Shown: one piece after another, positions 49,183-60,700 of the stretch
Numbering within the stretch: the stretch's first letter is position 1
Layout: the number at the start of each line of letters is the position of its first letter
From: an uncultured Verrucomicrobiae bacterium
GTDB lineage: Bacteria; Verrucomicrobiota; Verrucomicrobiia; Chthoniobacterales; UBA10450
Direction: 5' to 3'
Assembly: GCA_963772365.1 (NCBI GenBank)
Contig: CAVYXA010000005.1
Span: 192,001 to 256,000 of the forward strand
DNA: 64,000 bases
Notes under the pieces: generated by a model
What the model was told of the DNA's origin: nothing
The model's database searches: none
Seen by the model: only the letters and a program-made list of their open reading frames with translations
Program-made: the position numbers and the translations under genes

Positions 49183-49976
49183 ATGAACGCGATAGCTTCG
49201 GCAGATCCAACGCTTTTATTTGAATGGGAAACTCCGCGCCGCGGGTAGCTGCTCTCGCGTTTTTTGTAATCGCATCTCTTCTCGGCCATGCTGTTTGTTT
49301 CTATCTCTTCCAGATCATCTATCCGCCTACGGTTGCACTTCTCCCGCCGCCGGCCCGGGTAACCTTAATCACCTCGGATTCCGAGGAAGGTCGTACTCTC
49401 TTGCGCTGGATCGAAGCAGAGGATCCCGCGCTTGCTTTTACGACGTTGCGCTCTCCTGAAAACAAACTGCGCTCATTGCCGAAGATTGCTCATATCCCGT
49501 CCTACACGACCAATGAGCTAATCCTGAAACAACCGCCGCCTTTGACTGTCGATCGTCGCCCCCCGAGTTCTCAACCCCCGGGACGAGTTCCCAGTCTGGA
49601 GCGGCCGGTTCTGCCGAATCCAGAGAAGATCCCGACTAGCGTATCCTTTTCCGAGGAATTCACTTCGTTAGGCACTCCGGCTTTTGTCGCGCCAAAGTTT
49701 GCCGCATCATCCAACGAGCCGCCGCAAAATGTCCCGTTCAGGGTTGCGGTTTCGCCCGCTGGCGAAATTCGATATTGTTTCCCGCTTGGCTCCTCCGGCG
49801 ATTCGGCCCTGGATCAACAAGCGCACGATTTTATCATGCTCACGCGTTTCCCCGGGGCCGACAAATCGCAAACGCGAGATGAGAAGCTGACTTGGGGCGT
49901 CGCCACGGTGAACTGGGGCAACGATGTCGCGCTGCCAGGCCAAACCGGTTCCGTTAAAACAAAATCTCCCAATTAG
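49183..49976 (+). CDS. TonB-like Pro-rich membrane-anchored protein (probable frameshift near 49240)
   Basis: SLLGH TM motif, Pro-rich linker, SSGDSALDQQA C-terminal motif; follows exbBD. Confidence 0.6.
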
Positions 49977-49981
49977 GTGCC

Positions 49982-50221
49982 GTGATCCGAGTCAGTCTCA
50001 CCGCGCTGGTCACGATTTATTTGCTGCTTTTTCTTGCGGCGGTATTTCTCTTCTGGATAGTGGGAGAATGGAATCGCCGCCGGCGCGAGCGACGAGCATT
50101 ACGCTACAGGCTGCGCTGTGTGATTTGTGCGTTCGAATTTGAAGATCGAACCGACGCATTGCTTCCGCGGTGTCCGCGCTGCGGGAGTTTAAACGAGCGA
50201 TTCAAACTGGAACGAATTTAA
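49982..50221 (+). CDS. Small membrane-anchored zinc-ribbon protein
   Basis: TM helix, CVIC...CPRCG. Confidence 0.65.
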   Translation: MIRVSLTALVTIYLLLFLAAVFLFWIVGEWNRRRRERRALRYRLRCVICAFEFEDRTDALLPRCPRCGSLNERFKLERI

Positions 50222-50223
50222 GT

Positions 50224-51402
50224 ATGGGAATGTGGATAGGCCGGAACCGAAAAGCCCGCGTCACCTACGGGTTCGACGAGGTCGCGCTCGTGCCTGGCCG
50301 TGTGACAATTAACCCTAACGAGGTGGACACGACTTTTCGTTTGCCGCGAAAGAATGCCGAACCGCTCGGGTTGAAAATTCCGGTCCTGGCGAGTGCCATG
50401 GATGGAGTTGTCGATGTTCGGTTCGCGGTGGCCATGAGCAAGCTCGGTGGTCTGGCTGTGTTGAATCTCGAAGGAATACAAACCCGCTACAAAAATCCGC
50501 AGGAAGTTCTGCAAAAAGTAGTCGAGGCGGACAAATCGGAAGTCACTTCGCTCCTGCAGAAAATTTATCAGGAACCGATTCAAGAAAATCTCATTGCGGC
50601 GCGGGTCCGACAAATTAAAGATGGCGGAGCAGTAGCGGCGGTGAGTTCCATCCCGCAGCGGGCGGCGGAATTTGGTCAGATTGCGCAAGAGGCCGGCGCG
50701 GATGTTTTCGTCGTCCAAAGCACTGTTTCCACTGTGCGCCACATTTCATCGGAGTACAAATCGCTCGACTTGGAAAAATTTTGCCGGGAAATGCGCATTC
50801 CGGTCATTGTCGGGAACACGGTCGGCTATGATGTGACGTTTGAAATCATGGAATGCGGCCCGGCCGCGGTGCTGATCGGTGTGGGACCCGGCGCGGCGTG
50901 CACTTCCCGCGGCGTGCTCGGACTCGGTGTCCCGCAGGTCACTGCTACGGTAGATTGCGCGGCGGCGCGCGACGCTTATTTCAAGAAGACCGCGCGTTAT
51001 GTTCCGATCATCACCGATGGCGGAATGAGCCGGGGCGGCGATGTCTGCAAAGCGCTGGCTTGCGGCTCGGATGCAGTAATGATCGGCAGCGCCTTTGCCA
51101 GAGCGCAAGAAGCACCCGGATGCGGCTATCATTGGGGAATGGCCACGCCGCATGCCAATCTGCCGCGTGGGACACGCATCAAAGTCGGAACTACCGGCCC
51201 ATTAAAACAGATTCTTTTCGGACCGGCAGAAGTTGATGATGGCAGCCAAAATCTCGTCGGCGCGATTACGACCTGCATGGGAAATGTAGGCGCGCGAAAT
51301 CTGGCTGAGTTCCAGCAAACCGAAGTCATCATCGCGCCTTCGATCCGGACCGAAGGCAAGCTTTTCCAGACCGTGCAAAGCGTTGGGATGGGGACAAGCT
51401 GA
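50224..51402 (+). CDS. GuaB3-family IMP dehydrogenase-related protein
   Basis: YGFDEVALVP, SAMD, GVGPGAACTSR, ITDGG, WGMA; no CBS domains. Confidence 0.88.
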   Translation: MGMWIGRNRKARVTYGFDEVALVPGRVTINPNEVDTTFRLPRKNAEPLGLKIPVLASAMDGVVDVRFAVAMSKLGGLAVLNLEGIQTRYKNPQEVLQKVVEADKSEVTSLLQKIYQEPIQENLIAARVRQIKDGGAVAAVSSIPQRAAEFGQIAQEAGADVFVVQSTVSTVRHISSEYKSLDLEKFCREMRIPVIVGNTVGYDVTFEIMECGPAAVLIGVGPGAACTSRGVLGLGVPQVTATVDCAAARDAYFKKTARYVPIITDGGMSRGGDVCKALACGSDAVMIGSAFARAQEAPGCGYHWGMATPHANLPRGTRIKVGTTGPLKQILFGPAEVDDGSQNLVGAITTCMGNVGARNLAEFQQTEVIIAPSIRTEGKLFQTVQSVGMGTS

Positions 51403-51408
51403 AGCCCA

Positions 51409-51512
51409 TTTAGCGATTTTAGCGATCTGAAGATTTAGAGATTCGCTCTTGATCTCGCCTTAAATCGCTAAACCATTAAATCGCCTGATCTTTAAATCAC
51501 CAAATCGCTAAA
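51409..51512. repeat. Empty octamer tandem-inverted-repeat hairpin before fabF
   Basis: TTTAGCGATTTTAGCGAT..GATTTAGAGATT versus repeated AAATCGCT/AAATCACC units ending AAATCGCTAAA. Confidence 0.7.
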
Positions 51513-51519
51513 CTGCTAA

Positions 51520-52770
51520 ATGAACAACGATCGCAGAGTCGTCATTACCGGAATGGGCGTGATTACGCCAGTCGGCAATGATTTGGAGACGTTTTGGTCG
51601 AACTTAAAGAATGGGATCAGCGGCATTCGCCGGATCGAAGCGTTCGATACGACAGCGTACGATTGCCGGATTGGCGGCGAAGTGCGCGGATTTGATCCAA
51701 AACCATTTTTCAAGAATCCAAAAGATGTCCGGCGCACTGATCGATTCGCGCAGTTCGGATTGGCGGCGGCCAAAAAGGCACTGGAGGACGGCGGTCTTGA
51801 TGTGGAAAAAACAAGACGCGACCGCTTTGGCGTGATTGTCAGCAGCGGCATCGGCGGTCTGCGGACATTACAGGATCAGTACGCGATCTTGTTAGCGAAA
51901 GGTCCGTCCCGAACTTCGCCGTTCACCATTCCGATGCTGATCAGCAACATGGCGAGCGGAATGATCTCGATGGAATTCGGTCTGCAAGGTCCAAATCTTT
52001 GCATCGTCACGGCCTGTGCTACGTCCGCTAACGCAATCGGCGAGTCGTGGCGCATGATTAAATTCGGAGACGCTGACCTGTTTCTCGCGGGGGGTTCCGA
52101 GGCTTCCATCGTGCCCATCGGCCTGGCCGGATTTTCCGCAATGAAAGCGCTCAGCACTCGCAATGACGAGCCGGAGCGCGCCTCGCGTCCGTTCGATCGC
52201 GATCGAGATGGATTCGTTATGGGCGAAGGCGCAGGCGTGGTGATTGTCGAAGAACTGGAACATGCCAAGGCACGTGGAGCGAAGATCTATTGTGAGCTGG
52301 CCGGCTATGGATTAAGCGCAGATGCCTACCACATGACTGCCCCGCCGCCCGATGGGGAAGGGGCGGCAAGGGCGATGCGACTGGCATTGGAGCATGCGCG
52401 AATAGCGCCTGAGCAGGTCGATTATATTAACGCACATGCCACCTCCACGGACATTGGCGACGTTTGCGAAACCCGCGCGATCAAAACAGTCTTCGGCGAC
52501 CATGCGCACAAGGTTTCAATTAGCGCAACGAAATCGATGACAGGTCATTTGTTAGGCGGCGCCGGTGCCGTGGAAATGGCTGCGTGCGCCCTCAGCATTC
52601 GTGATTCGGTGGTCCCGCCGACGATTAATCTCGAGCATCCCGACGAATTGTGTGACCTCAACTATACGCCAATGGTCGCCCGGGAAAAAAGGGTCCGCGT
52701 TGTGTTAAATAATGCGTTTGGTTTTGGCGGGCACAATGCCACTCTGGTGGCAAAAGCTTTCGAAGGCTGA
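51520..52770 (+). CDS. fabF: Beta-ketoacyl-ACP synthase II
   Basis: RRVVITGMG, TACATS, YINAHATST, GHLLGGAG, FGFGGHN. Confidence 0.96.
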   Translation: MNNDRRVVITGMGVITPVGNDLETFWSNLKNGISGIRRIEAFDTTAYDCRIGGEVRGFDPKPFFKNPKDVRRTDRFAQFGLAAAKKALEDGGLDVEKTRRDRFGVIVSSGIGGLRTLQDQYAILLAKGPSRTSPFTIPMLISNMASGMISMEFGLQGPNLCIVTACATSANAIGESWRMIKFGDADLFLAGGSEASIVPIGLAGFSAMKALSTRNDEPERASRPFDRDRDGFVMGEGAGVVIVEELEHAKARGAKIYCELAGYGLSADAYHMTAPPPDGEGAARAMRLALEHARIAPEQVDYINAHATSTDIGDVCETRAIKTVFGDHAHKVSISATKSMTGHLLGGAGAVEMAACALSIRDSVVPPTINLEHPDELCDLNYTPMVAREKRVRVVLNNAFGFGGHNATLVAKAFEG

Positions 52771-52987
52771 TTTCCAGAGCATCAATCTGCGTCGGATTCC
52801 AACTTCAAGAAGCTGCTCGGTTTCAAAAAAAGATTGACTTTTTACCGCGGCTACAAATAACCTGCCAGTCCGTGCCGCCTTTCATGCGGCTTGCCGAGAC
52901 TTCTGGCGAAAAAGGCATTTTTGCCGCGTCCCGCAAGAGCAGAAAGGGCCGAGCATCGACAACTAAATCCGCAGTTAACTACATCCC

Positions 52988-55900
52988 ATGAAAAGAAAAT
53001 CCACGTCCCAATCCGCATTTTTTAATGCACGCATCTTGGTCGGCTCACTTCTTTGCCTAACCGGCATCTTTGTGGCGATCGGCGTGTATTCCGCTCAACC
53101 CAGAACCCAGACACGCGGTCCAGCGCCAGCTGTTGCTGCCGCGCCAGATGTCGTCCAAATGATCGGCCCGGTTCGTCTGAACCAGGACCTGCGCTATTTG
53201 CCGTTCGTTGCGCCGAAGCCGGAATTTGAAGAGCAAGCCCTGACCCGGTACCCGCATGGACGCGGGACAGGAGCTCGCACCCAGGAGTACCCACACGTCC
53301 AGGCATTGATCGACAACGCTCTGCGTCCGGAACCGAACATGCCGGCGCCGTTGCTCACATTTGACGGCATTGCGAGGGTAAACAGCGGATGTAATTGCGC
53401 CCCGCCTGATACCAACGGCGACGTTGGCCCTAACCATTACATTCAGGCTGTGAACGTTGCGTTTAAAATTTTCGACAAGAGCGGCAACACCCTGGCGGGC
53501 CCAACGACATATAATTCATTCTTTGCGAGTCTGACGGGCACCCCGTGCGCGAACGCGAATGATGGAGATCCGTTTGTCTTCTACGATCATCAGGCCAATC
53601 GTTGGGTGATTAGCGACTTTGCGTTTCCGTCGTTCCCGGGCAGTTCATTCTACCAGTGTATTGGTGTGTCGCAGACTGGCGACCCTGTTGCAGGGGGCTG
53701 GTATCTTTATGCCATTCAGATCGATCCCGCTAATCCCAATCTATTAGGTGATTATCCGAAGTTCGCTATGTGGAACGACGGCGGCACGCAGAACGCCTAT
53801 TTCTTCACCGTCAATTTATTTGCCAACCCCACCACGTTTAACGGCGTGCGCGCGTTTGCGCTCAACCGGACATCGATGCTTACGGGCGGCCCCGCCAATG
53901 CCATCGCTTTTACGATTCCTTTGGCCAGCTTAGGCGATACCTATAGCCTGGTCGCGGCGAATTTCCGCACTGGGAACGCACCGCCCGCGGGAAGAGACGA
54001 AATGCTTCTGGCCGTCGATAGTCCGGGCACTGAAAACGTCAGTTTGACTCAGGTCAAAGGTTGGAAGTTCCATGTCGATTTTGCTATTCCCGGAAATTCG
54101 ACACTCGGCGTGGGCGCGAACCATACTCCGAATGCGGTGATCAGCGTCAACCCGTTCGTGGACGCGTTCACCAATGCAGCTGGGTTTGCGATTGTGCCAC
54201 AGACGGGAACGGCCACGAAGTTGGACACGCTTGGCGACAAGATCATGACCCCGCTCGTTTATCAGAATATCGGCGGAACCGAATCGCTCTGGGCGGATCA
54301 GACGATCCTGCCGAATTTCCCGAACGGTCCAACCGCCGTTCGCTGGTATCAGTTCATTGTCACCGGCGGCACTTTTCCTGCCAGCGCTGCGCAGCAGCAA
54401 GATTGGACCAATGGCAACGACGGGGTATGGCGTTTCATGCCGAGCATAGCTGCGGATCAAAGCGGCAACGTGGCGATCGGGTACTCTGCCTCCAGCAGTA
54501 CCCTGAATCCAGGGATGCGATATGCCGGGCGGCTAGCTGGCGATCCAGCCAACAATCTCGGCCAGGGCGAAGCGACCATGTTTACCGGAGCCGGGAGCCA
54601 GACTTCCCCGACTCGCTGGGGCGATTACAGCATGACGACTGTCGATTCATCTGATGGGATCAGTTTCTGGCACACTAACGAATACTATGCCACGAACAGC
54701 AGCTTCAATTGGTCCACGCGCGTGGGCAAATTCCAATTCCCAGCGGGCGGGCCGTGCAATCTGGCGTGGCAGGCTGCGGCCAACATGCCGCTCGATTTCT
54801 ATGGTGGTTCCACAGCATCGAACGGCACATACGCATACGTGGCCGGTGGCTATTCCTTCAGCAGCGGTCAGAGCTTGAACTCGCTCTATCGTTATGACCC
54901 GGGTGCGAACACGTGGACAGCGCTCCCATCATATGCCGGCGCCGGGTTTATTGAGGGTTTGGCCGTCTATTATCCGACGACGAATAGAATTTATGTCTTC
55001 GGCGGTGAAGACGCGGTCAGCGGTACTAACTATAATAACACCCGTATCTTCGACATCGCGTCAGGTACGTGGCTCGCCGACGGCGCACCGATGCCGGATG
55101 TACACAGCTTCATGGCTGGCGGCTATATTCCTGCCGATGGCAAGATCTACGTCTTGAGCGGTTACAACACCGGCGACGTCACTAGTGCCCAGCCAAACAC
55201 ATGGCGATACGACCCGGTGGCGAACACCTGGACCGATCTCACCGGCACAGTGGCATATCCGCATCCAGCGGGTGGCATGGCCTTCGGCGTGATTAATAAT
55301 CATATTTATACAGCCGGTGGGCGCGACGCTGCTAATACGGTTATCAATCTTACCTACGACTTCAACCCCACTGCACTTACTTACACGCAAAAGGCGAACG
55401 AGCCCGGCACGAACAACAACGTGCCTGGAAGTGGCGTGGCGATGAACTTGTTATTCGCATTTGGCGGTGGCAATCCATTTGTCGCGCCGGGAGCGCCTTC
55501 GACAAACGCTGCATTTGGCAGACCGGAAGTGAAGGCCGGGAAGATCGAGATTCCTTCGACGACCAACAGTACAGTTGGCCTATAATCCAACGGCGGATGC
55601 CTGGCTTCCCGGGCCCAACATGACATCCATCCGGTCATTCCCAGGCGGCACGAACATCGGTAACAAGCTACTCGCGGCTGGCGGCTACAACGGATCGACC
55701 ACAGTAGCGAGCGCTGAGACGCTCAACGTTACCTGCACGCCCACTCCGACTCCGACACCGTGTCCCGGCTACACCGTCACACAGATCGGTGGAAGTATCG
55801 TGCCCGGAACGACTGACACGGGCAATCACGGTGATGACCAGACGACGGTTGTTGCTCTGCCATTCAGCTACACGCTTTACGATCAGTCGTTCAACAGCAT

Positions 55901-56859
55901 CACAGTCTCCTCGAACGGAAATGCTCAGTTTACGACTGCGGACGCGGCGTTTTCAAACGTGTGCTTACCTTGGGGCAGCCATGACTACACGGTCTTCCCA
56001 TATTGGGATGACCAGCGCACGGATACGGCAGGCTCGGGCATCTTCACGTCGGTATCGGGAACTGCACCCAATCGTATTTTCAACATCGAATGGCGCGCGA
56101 CTTACTTCAGCGGTGCCGGCAGTGCCAACTACGAGCTACGGCTGTATGAGGGGCAGACTCGCTTCGACGTGATCTACGGTACTGTGGATCAGGGGACGGC
56201 CAGCGCGACAGGCGGAGTACAAGAAGGATGACGTGAGCTATACACAATACTTCTGCAACGGCACAGGCGGTATGTCGACCGGTGGCCAAAGCTATACGCT
56301 ACCACCATGCGCCCCAACAGTAAGTAGCGCCGTTTCGCGCAAAACACACACTGGCGTAGGGCCGTTTGACATCAACCTGCCGCTGACCGGCAACCCCGGG
56401 ATTGAAGATCGGTGTATGGCGTGCGGCGTGGGCGCCAGTAACGACTACACAATCGTGGTCACCTTCACCGGCAACGTTGCCGTGACCGGCAGTCCGCAGG
56501 CTGAAGTGATATCGGGGACGGGCTGTGTGGGTAGCGGTGGTACTTGCATGGTTGGCAATAATGTCACCGTGAGCGGGGCGGTAGTAACCATCCCGTTGAC
56601 CAATGTTACGGACAACCAGACGATCATGGTGCGGCTCAATGGAGTAAACTCGGCCGCGGACGTACCTGCCGCGGATGTCGTCATTCCGATGAGAATACGT
56701 GTGGGTGACACGACTGGGGACGGCAACGTTAACTCCTCTGATATCGCGCAGACCAAGAGCCGTATCAGTGGGTCGGTTAATGCGACGACGTTCCGCTCCG
56801 ATGTGAATGCCAACGGCGCGATCAACTCGAGCGATGTCAGCGTCATCAAATCGCACTAA
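52988..56859 (+). CDS. Large secreted modular protein (Kelch repeats, SRKTH + dockerin-like tail); frameshifts near 55578 and 56226
   Basis: Three consecutive ORFs reconstruct a paralogue of 57740..61156. Confidence 0.8.
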
Positions 56860-56877
56860 GTCAGAGTGAAGTTTGGG

Positions 56878-56918
56878 TGTGCCCCGGCGGGAACTACCGC
56901 CGGGGCACATTGCTTTTG
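56878..56918 (+). terminator. Intrinsic terminator-like hairpin
   Basis: TGTGCCCCGGCGG-loop-CCGCCGGGGCACA followed by TTGCTTTT. Confidence 0.75.
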
Positions 56919-56990
56919 TCGATGTGCCCATCGACAGATGGACCTGCAAGTGCCGAGTCGCGCAGTCTCATCAACGTGATATGATGTTGC

Positions 56991-57467
56991 GTGACCAATG
57001 AGAAAATCAGGATGTTTTGCGCGGCATCGATGATGATCTTACTTGGTGGCATGTCCGCGCTTGCCTCTTCGCAATCGGAGTCGCCCAGTTTGGTGGGTAC
57101 TTGGAAAATCGAGATGACCTTTTCAGAAACTGGCGGCGCAGGTCTTCCACTTCCGAAGACACTGCGCTTTCAAGCGCAAGAAAATGGAACAGGTTCTTTC
57201 CAAGTACTCGATCCCAAAGCGCATTTCTGGGGAGCGGACAAATTATCAGAAGCAAAATGGAGCCGAGGCGAAGGAGATGTCATGACGTTTTCCGGCGCAA
57301 TTGAATTTCCGCTGGGCAATGTCGGGCGCGAAGCGGGAAACTTCTTGTTTAAGGGAAAATTTCAAACGCCGGACGTGATTACGGGTGACGCGGAATTCTC
57401 TCCGCTCGTCGGAGATCGTCCGTCGAGACACGGCACGTTCAAAGCGGTTCGCGCCGGCGCGAAGTGA
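56991..57467 (+). CDS. Secreted hypothetical protein
   Basis: Signal peptide, LVGTWK beta-rich domain. Confidence 0.65.
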   Translation: MTNEKIRMFCAASMMILLGGMSALASSQSESPSLVGTWKIEMTFSETGGAGLPLPKTLRFQAQENGTGSFQVLDPKAHFWGADKLSEAKWSRGEGDVMTFSGAIEFPLGNVGREAGNFLFKGKFQTPDVITGDAEFSPLVGDRPSRHGTFKAVRAGAK

Positions 57468-57739
57468 CTTGGGGCACACCGCTCGTACTCCAAATCTCTG
57501 CAACTGCGCGGCAAAATAGTAACGAAACTGTTACCGCGCGGCGTCGTTTGCACTCTCATTTGGTTCTCTTGTCGGTTGCCTCGACCTACGCGACAAAGAA
57601 TTTTTGGGGAGCCGAATCGACACGATGGAAAAAGCGCCAGGGAAATATCATCAAAACAGAAAAATTTGATTGACGCATGCGGGGCGTTTCATCTAGAACA
57701 ATGCGTCTCACTCAAACTCTATCCACATCATAACCAATC

Positions 57740-60700
57740 ATGAAAAGAAAATCCGCCTCGCAATTTGCGTTTTTTAATCTGCGTGTCCTCATTGGACTAT
57801 GCATTATCTTCGTCGCCGCCTTCGTGGCGCTGGCCAGTCTTGGGGTCTTCTCCGCAACCGCCGGCAACATAGTCCAAGCGCTGGGCAAGCATAAGATCAT
57901 TACCCAATCCGATAACCCGCTTGTGCCCATCGGGTTTGACTGCGCCACCATCCATCAGAAGGGAATCGACAAGCAGGAAAACTTTCGGGCTGGAGCCATC
58001 ATGATGGCTTGCGGTGAATCGCCGAATGTCGGAACCACTGCTACTTCGACCCTGGGTCCGGTCGGCCGTTTTATAGAAAAAATATTGAGACCGATTGCGC
58101 CGTCTCCTCAGGCCTATGGCGCAGCTGATGTCGATGTTGTCACTGGCACCGAGACGTCTCCCCACGTCATTCAGTCGGAATCATATACTGCCGCGAACCC
58201 GGATAATCCTAATCAGGTAGTCGTCGCCTACAATGACTCACGCTGCGCCGCGAGCAGCAACTTCTCCGCCCTGTCGGTTTCTACTGACGGCGGCACCACC
58301 TTTACCCGCGTTACGAACGGCAGCGGTTGCAGCCCCTTTGCCGGTACCTCTGGTGATCCTGTCGCTCTTTACAACAAGCCGAGCGGCACCTGGTTCACAA
58401 TTTGGATCGACGGCGCCTGCGGCGGCGGCGGTATGGGCGGGTACAAGTCCAGCACCCCAGACAATCCAAATGGCTGGACCCATTTCTGCGCGCACAGCGG
58501 CAGTGGGGATGACCGAGAGTCTGGCTGGGCTGACAATAACCCGTCTTCTCCATTCTATGGGCGGATGTACATGTCCTGGAATGATTTCAACATCGGCAGC
58601 GGTGCTCTAGAGGTCACCTATTCCAGTGATAACGGTGCCACATGGCACAGCCCGATCGTAGTGAGCAACACGGCCACGTTCATCCGCGATACTCAGATTA
58701 CCGGCGACCTGTCAGGCAATGGTACCATTTACATCGCAGGTATGGATGAAGGCGGCGGTGGATTCCCCCATAACGACATCAACAAAATGTACAAATCGAC
58801 GGACGGTGGTAATACCTGGACGAATACCTACACCGGCCCCGCATTCCCGGGACCGGGCGTGACAGCTTCGGGCTATTTCGCCTGCATGTTTAATGATAGC
58901 GGTGCATTTTGGCGGCATGAAGGCTGGGGTGAGCCTGCCGCGTTCAATAACGTCGTTTCGTTGGTCTATTCCCAACACGGAACCGGCGCTGATGCGGGCG
59001 ATGTTTATTACATTCGTTCGTCGGATGGCGGCGTGACCTTCGGCGCGCCATTTAAGTTGAACAGCGATTCAACGACCCGCCCGCAATGGCAGGCTAACAT
59101 TTCGGTGAGCCCGAGTGGCACGCTCCTGGCAACTTGGTATGACGGTCGCGAGTTCGCGAGCTGCCTTAAAGGCAACGCCGCGACTCCGTGTTACAGAATG
59201 TGGTCGCGTAAATCCAACGACAATGGATTGACCTGGCAGCCTGATATGGCGTTATCGGACGCATCTAGTCCCGAACCTGGACAATCCGATGGTAATATTC
59301 AGCCGACCTATGCCGGCGATTACGACTACGGCTCGGCGATCACCCTTAAACATACGACCTCCTGGACAGACGGGCGCGTGGCGATCGGGGGCGCATCTCA
59401 GCAGGACGTCTTCACCGATAGAGAATTGGTTGGTTTTGCGGTGACTACGAGTGTTCCCGCGTGCGACAGTCTCGTCAACACTCAGCTGACTGACTTTGAT
59501 ATCAATCTGAGCGATGCGGTTGATCCTGCGACCGTTCAGGCGAGCGATTTCACGGTGAACGGAATTCCAGCGAACTCGTTTACGTTGATGAACGGCAACA
59601 CGCTGATCCGGTTCCACTTCAACAGCTCGCCGGTAGTTTTGGGTTCCAACGCGATGCATATTGCCGCGGGTGCGTTTCTCCGCATTTCTGACGGCATGCC
59701 GAACTTCGAGTTCTCGTGCTCGTTCTGTTATGCCGCGACAGCGCTACAGATCACTTCGACGAACCCGCCTGTTGGTGGCACCTTCACACCGCCGGCCCCG
59801 GGAAATTACACGTTTGACGTGAACTTCAATCAGGCCGTTGATCCAGCATCAGTGCAAACGACTGATCTGATGGTAAGCGGCAACAGTGGTCCGAGCGTGA
59901 CGGCTGTCAGCTTGATCAACGGAAACATGACCGTTCGGTTCACGTTGCACATGAACTTCGGCGGGACGCTCGACGCGAGCATTGGAGCTGGGTCGATCAC
60001 TGCGAATGGATGCAATGCTAATGCGGCCTTCTCCGGCACTTATAACGTCGCGGGTTGCCCGCCTCAGGATCACTACACGATCAGCCAAATCGGCGGCAGT
60101 ATCGTCCCGGGCACAACCGACATCGGCAATCACATTGACGATGGGGTGACGACCGTTGCACTGCCGTTCGCATACACATTGTATGGGCAGGTATATAACG
60201 CGGTGAACCTGTCATCGAACGGGAATGCCCAATTCACAACCACAGACTCGGCGTTCTCAAACGTGTGCTTGCCGTGGGCCAGCCACAACTACGCGATCTT
60301 CCCATACTGGGATGACCTGCGCACGGATACCGCTGGATCCGGCATCTTCACGTCGGTGTCGGGTAGTGCACCAAATCGTATCTTCAATATCGAATGGCGA
60401 GCCACCTACTTCAGCGGTGGCGGCAGCACTAATCACGAGTTGCGGCTCTATGAAGGCCAGGCTCGCTTCGATGTGATTTACGGCACAGTGTCGCAGGGCA
60501 ACGCCAGCGCCACAGCGGGCGTGCAGAAAGACACTGTCTTTGATCAGTACTTCTGCAACGGCTCGGGTGCGGCGGCCACTGGCGGGCAAAGCTACATCCT
60601 GCAAAGCTGCGAGGCGACCACTGTGCTAGGTGCCGTTTCGCGTAAGACGCATACCGGTGCGGGCGACTTCGACATTAACCTGCCGCTGACCGGCACACCG

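Noticed and set aside
12484..56859. Programmed frameshifting or pseudogenes at isolated frame breaks (about 12845, 24485, 28760, 46205, 49240, 55578, 56226)
   Set aside because: These are scattered single-base indels, some in short homopolymers, with intact coding on both sides; sequencing error is simpler. Read data would be needed to decide.
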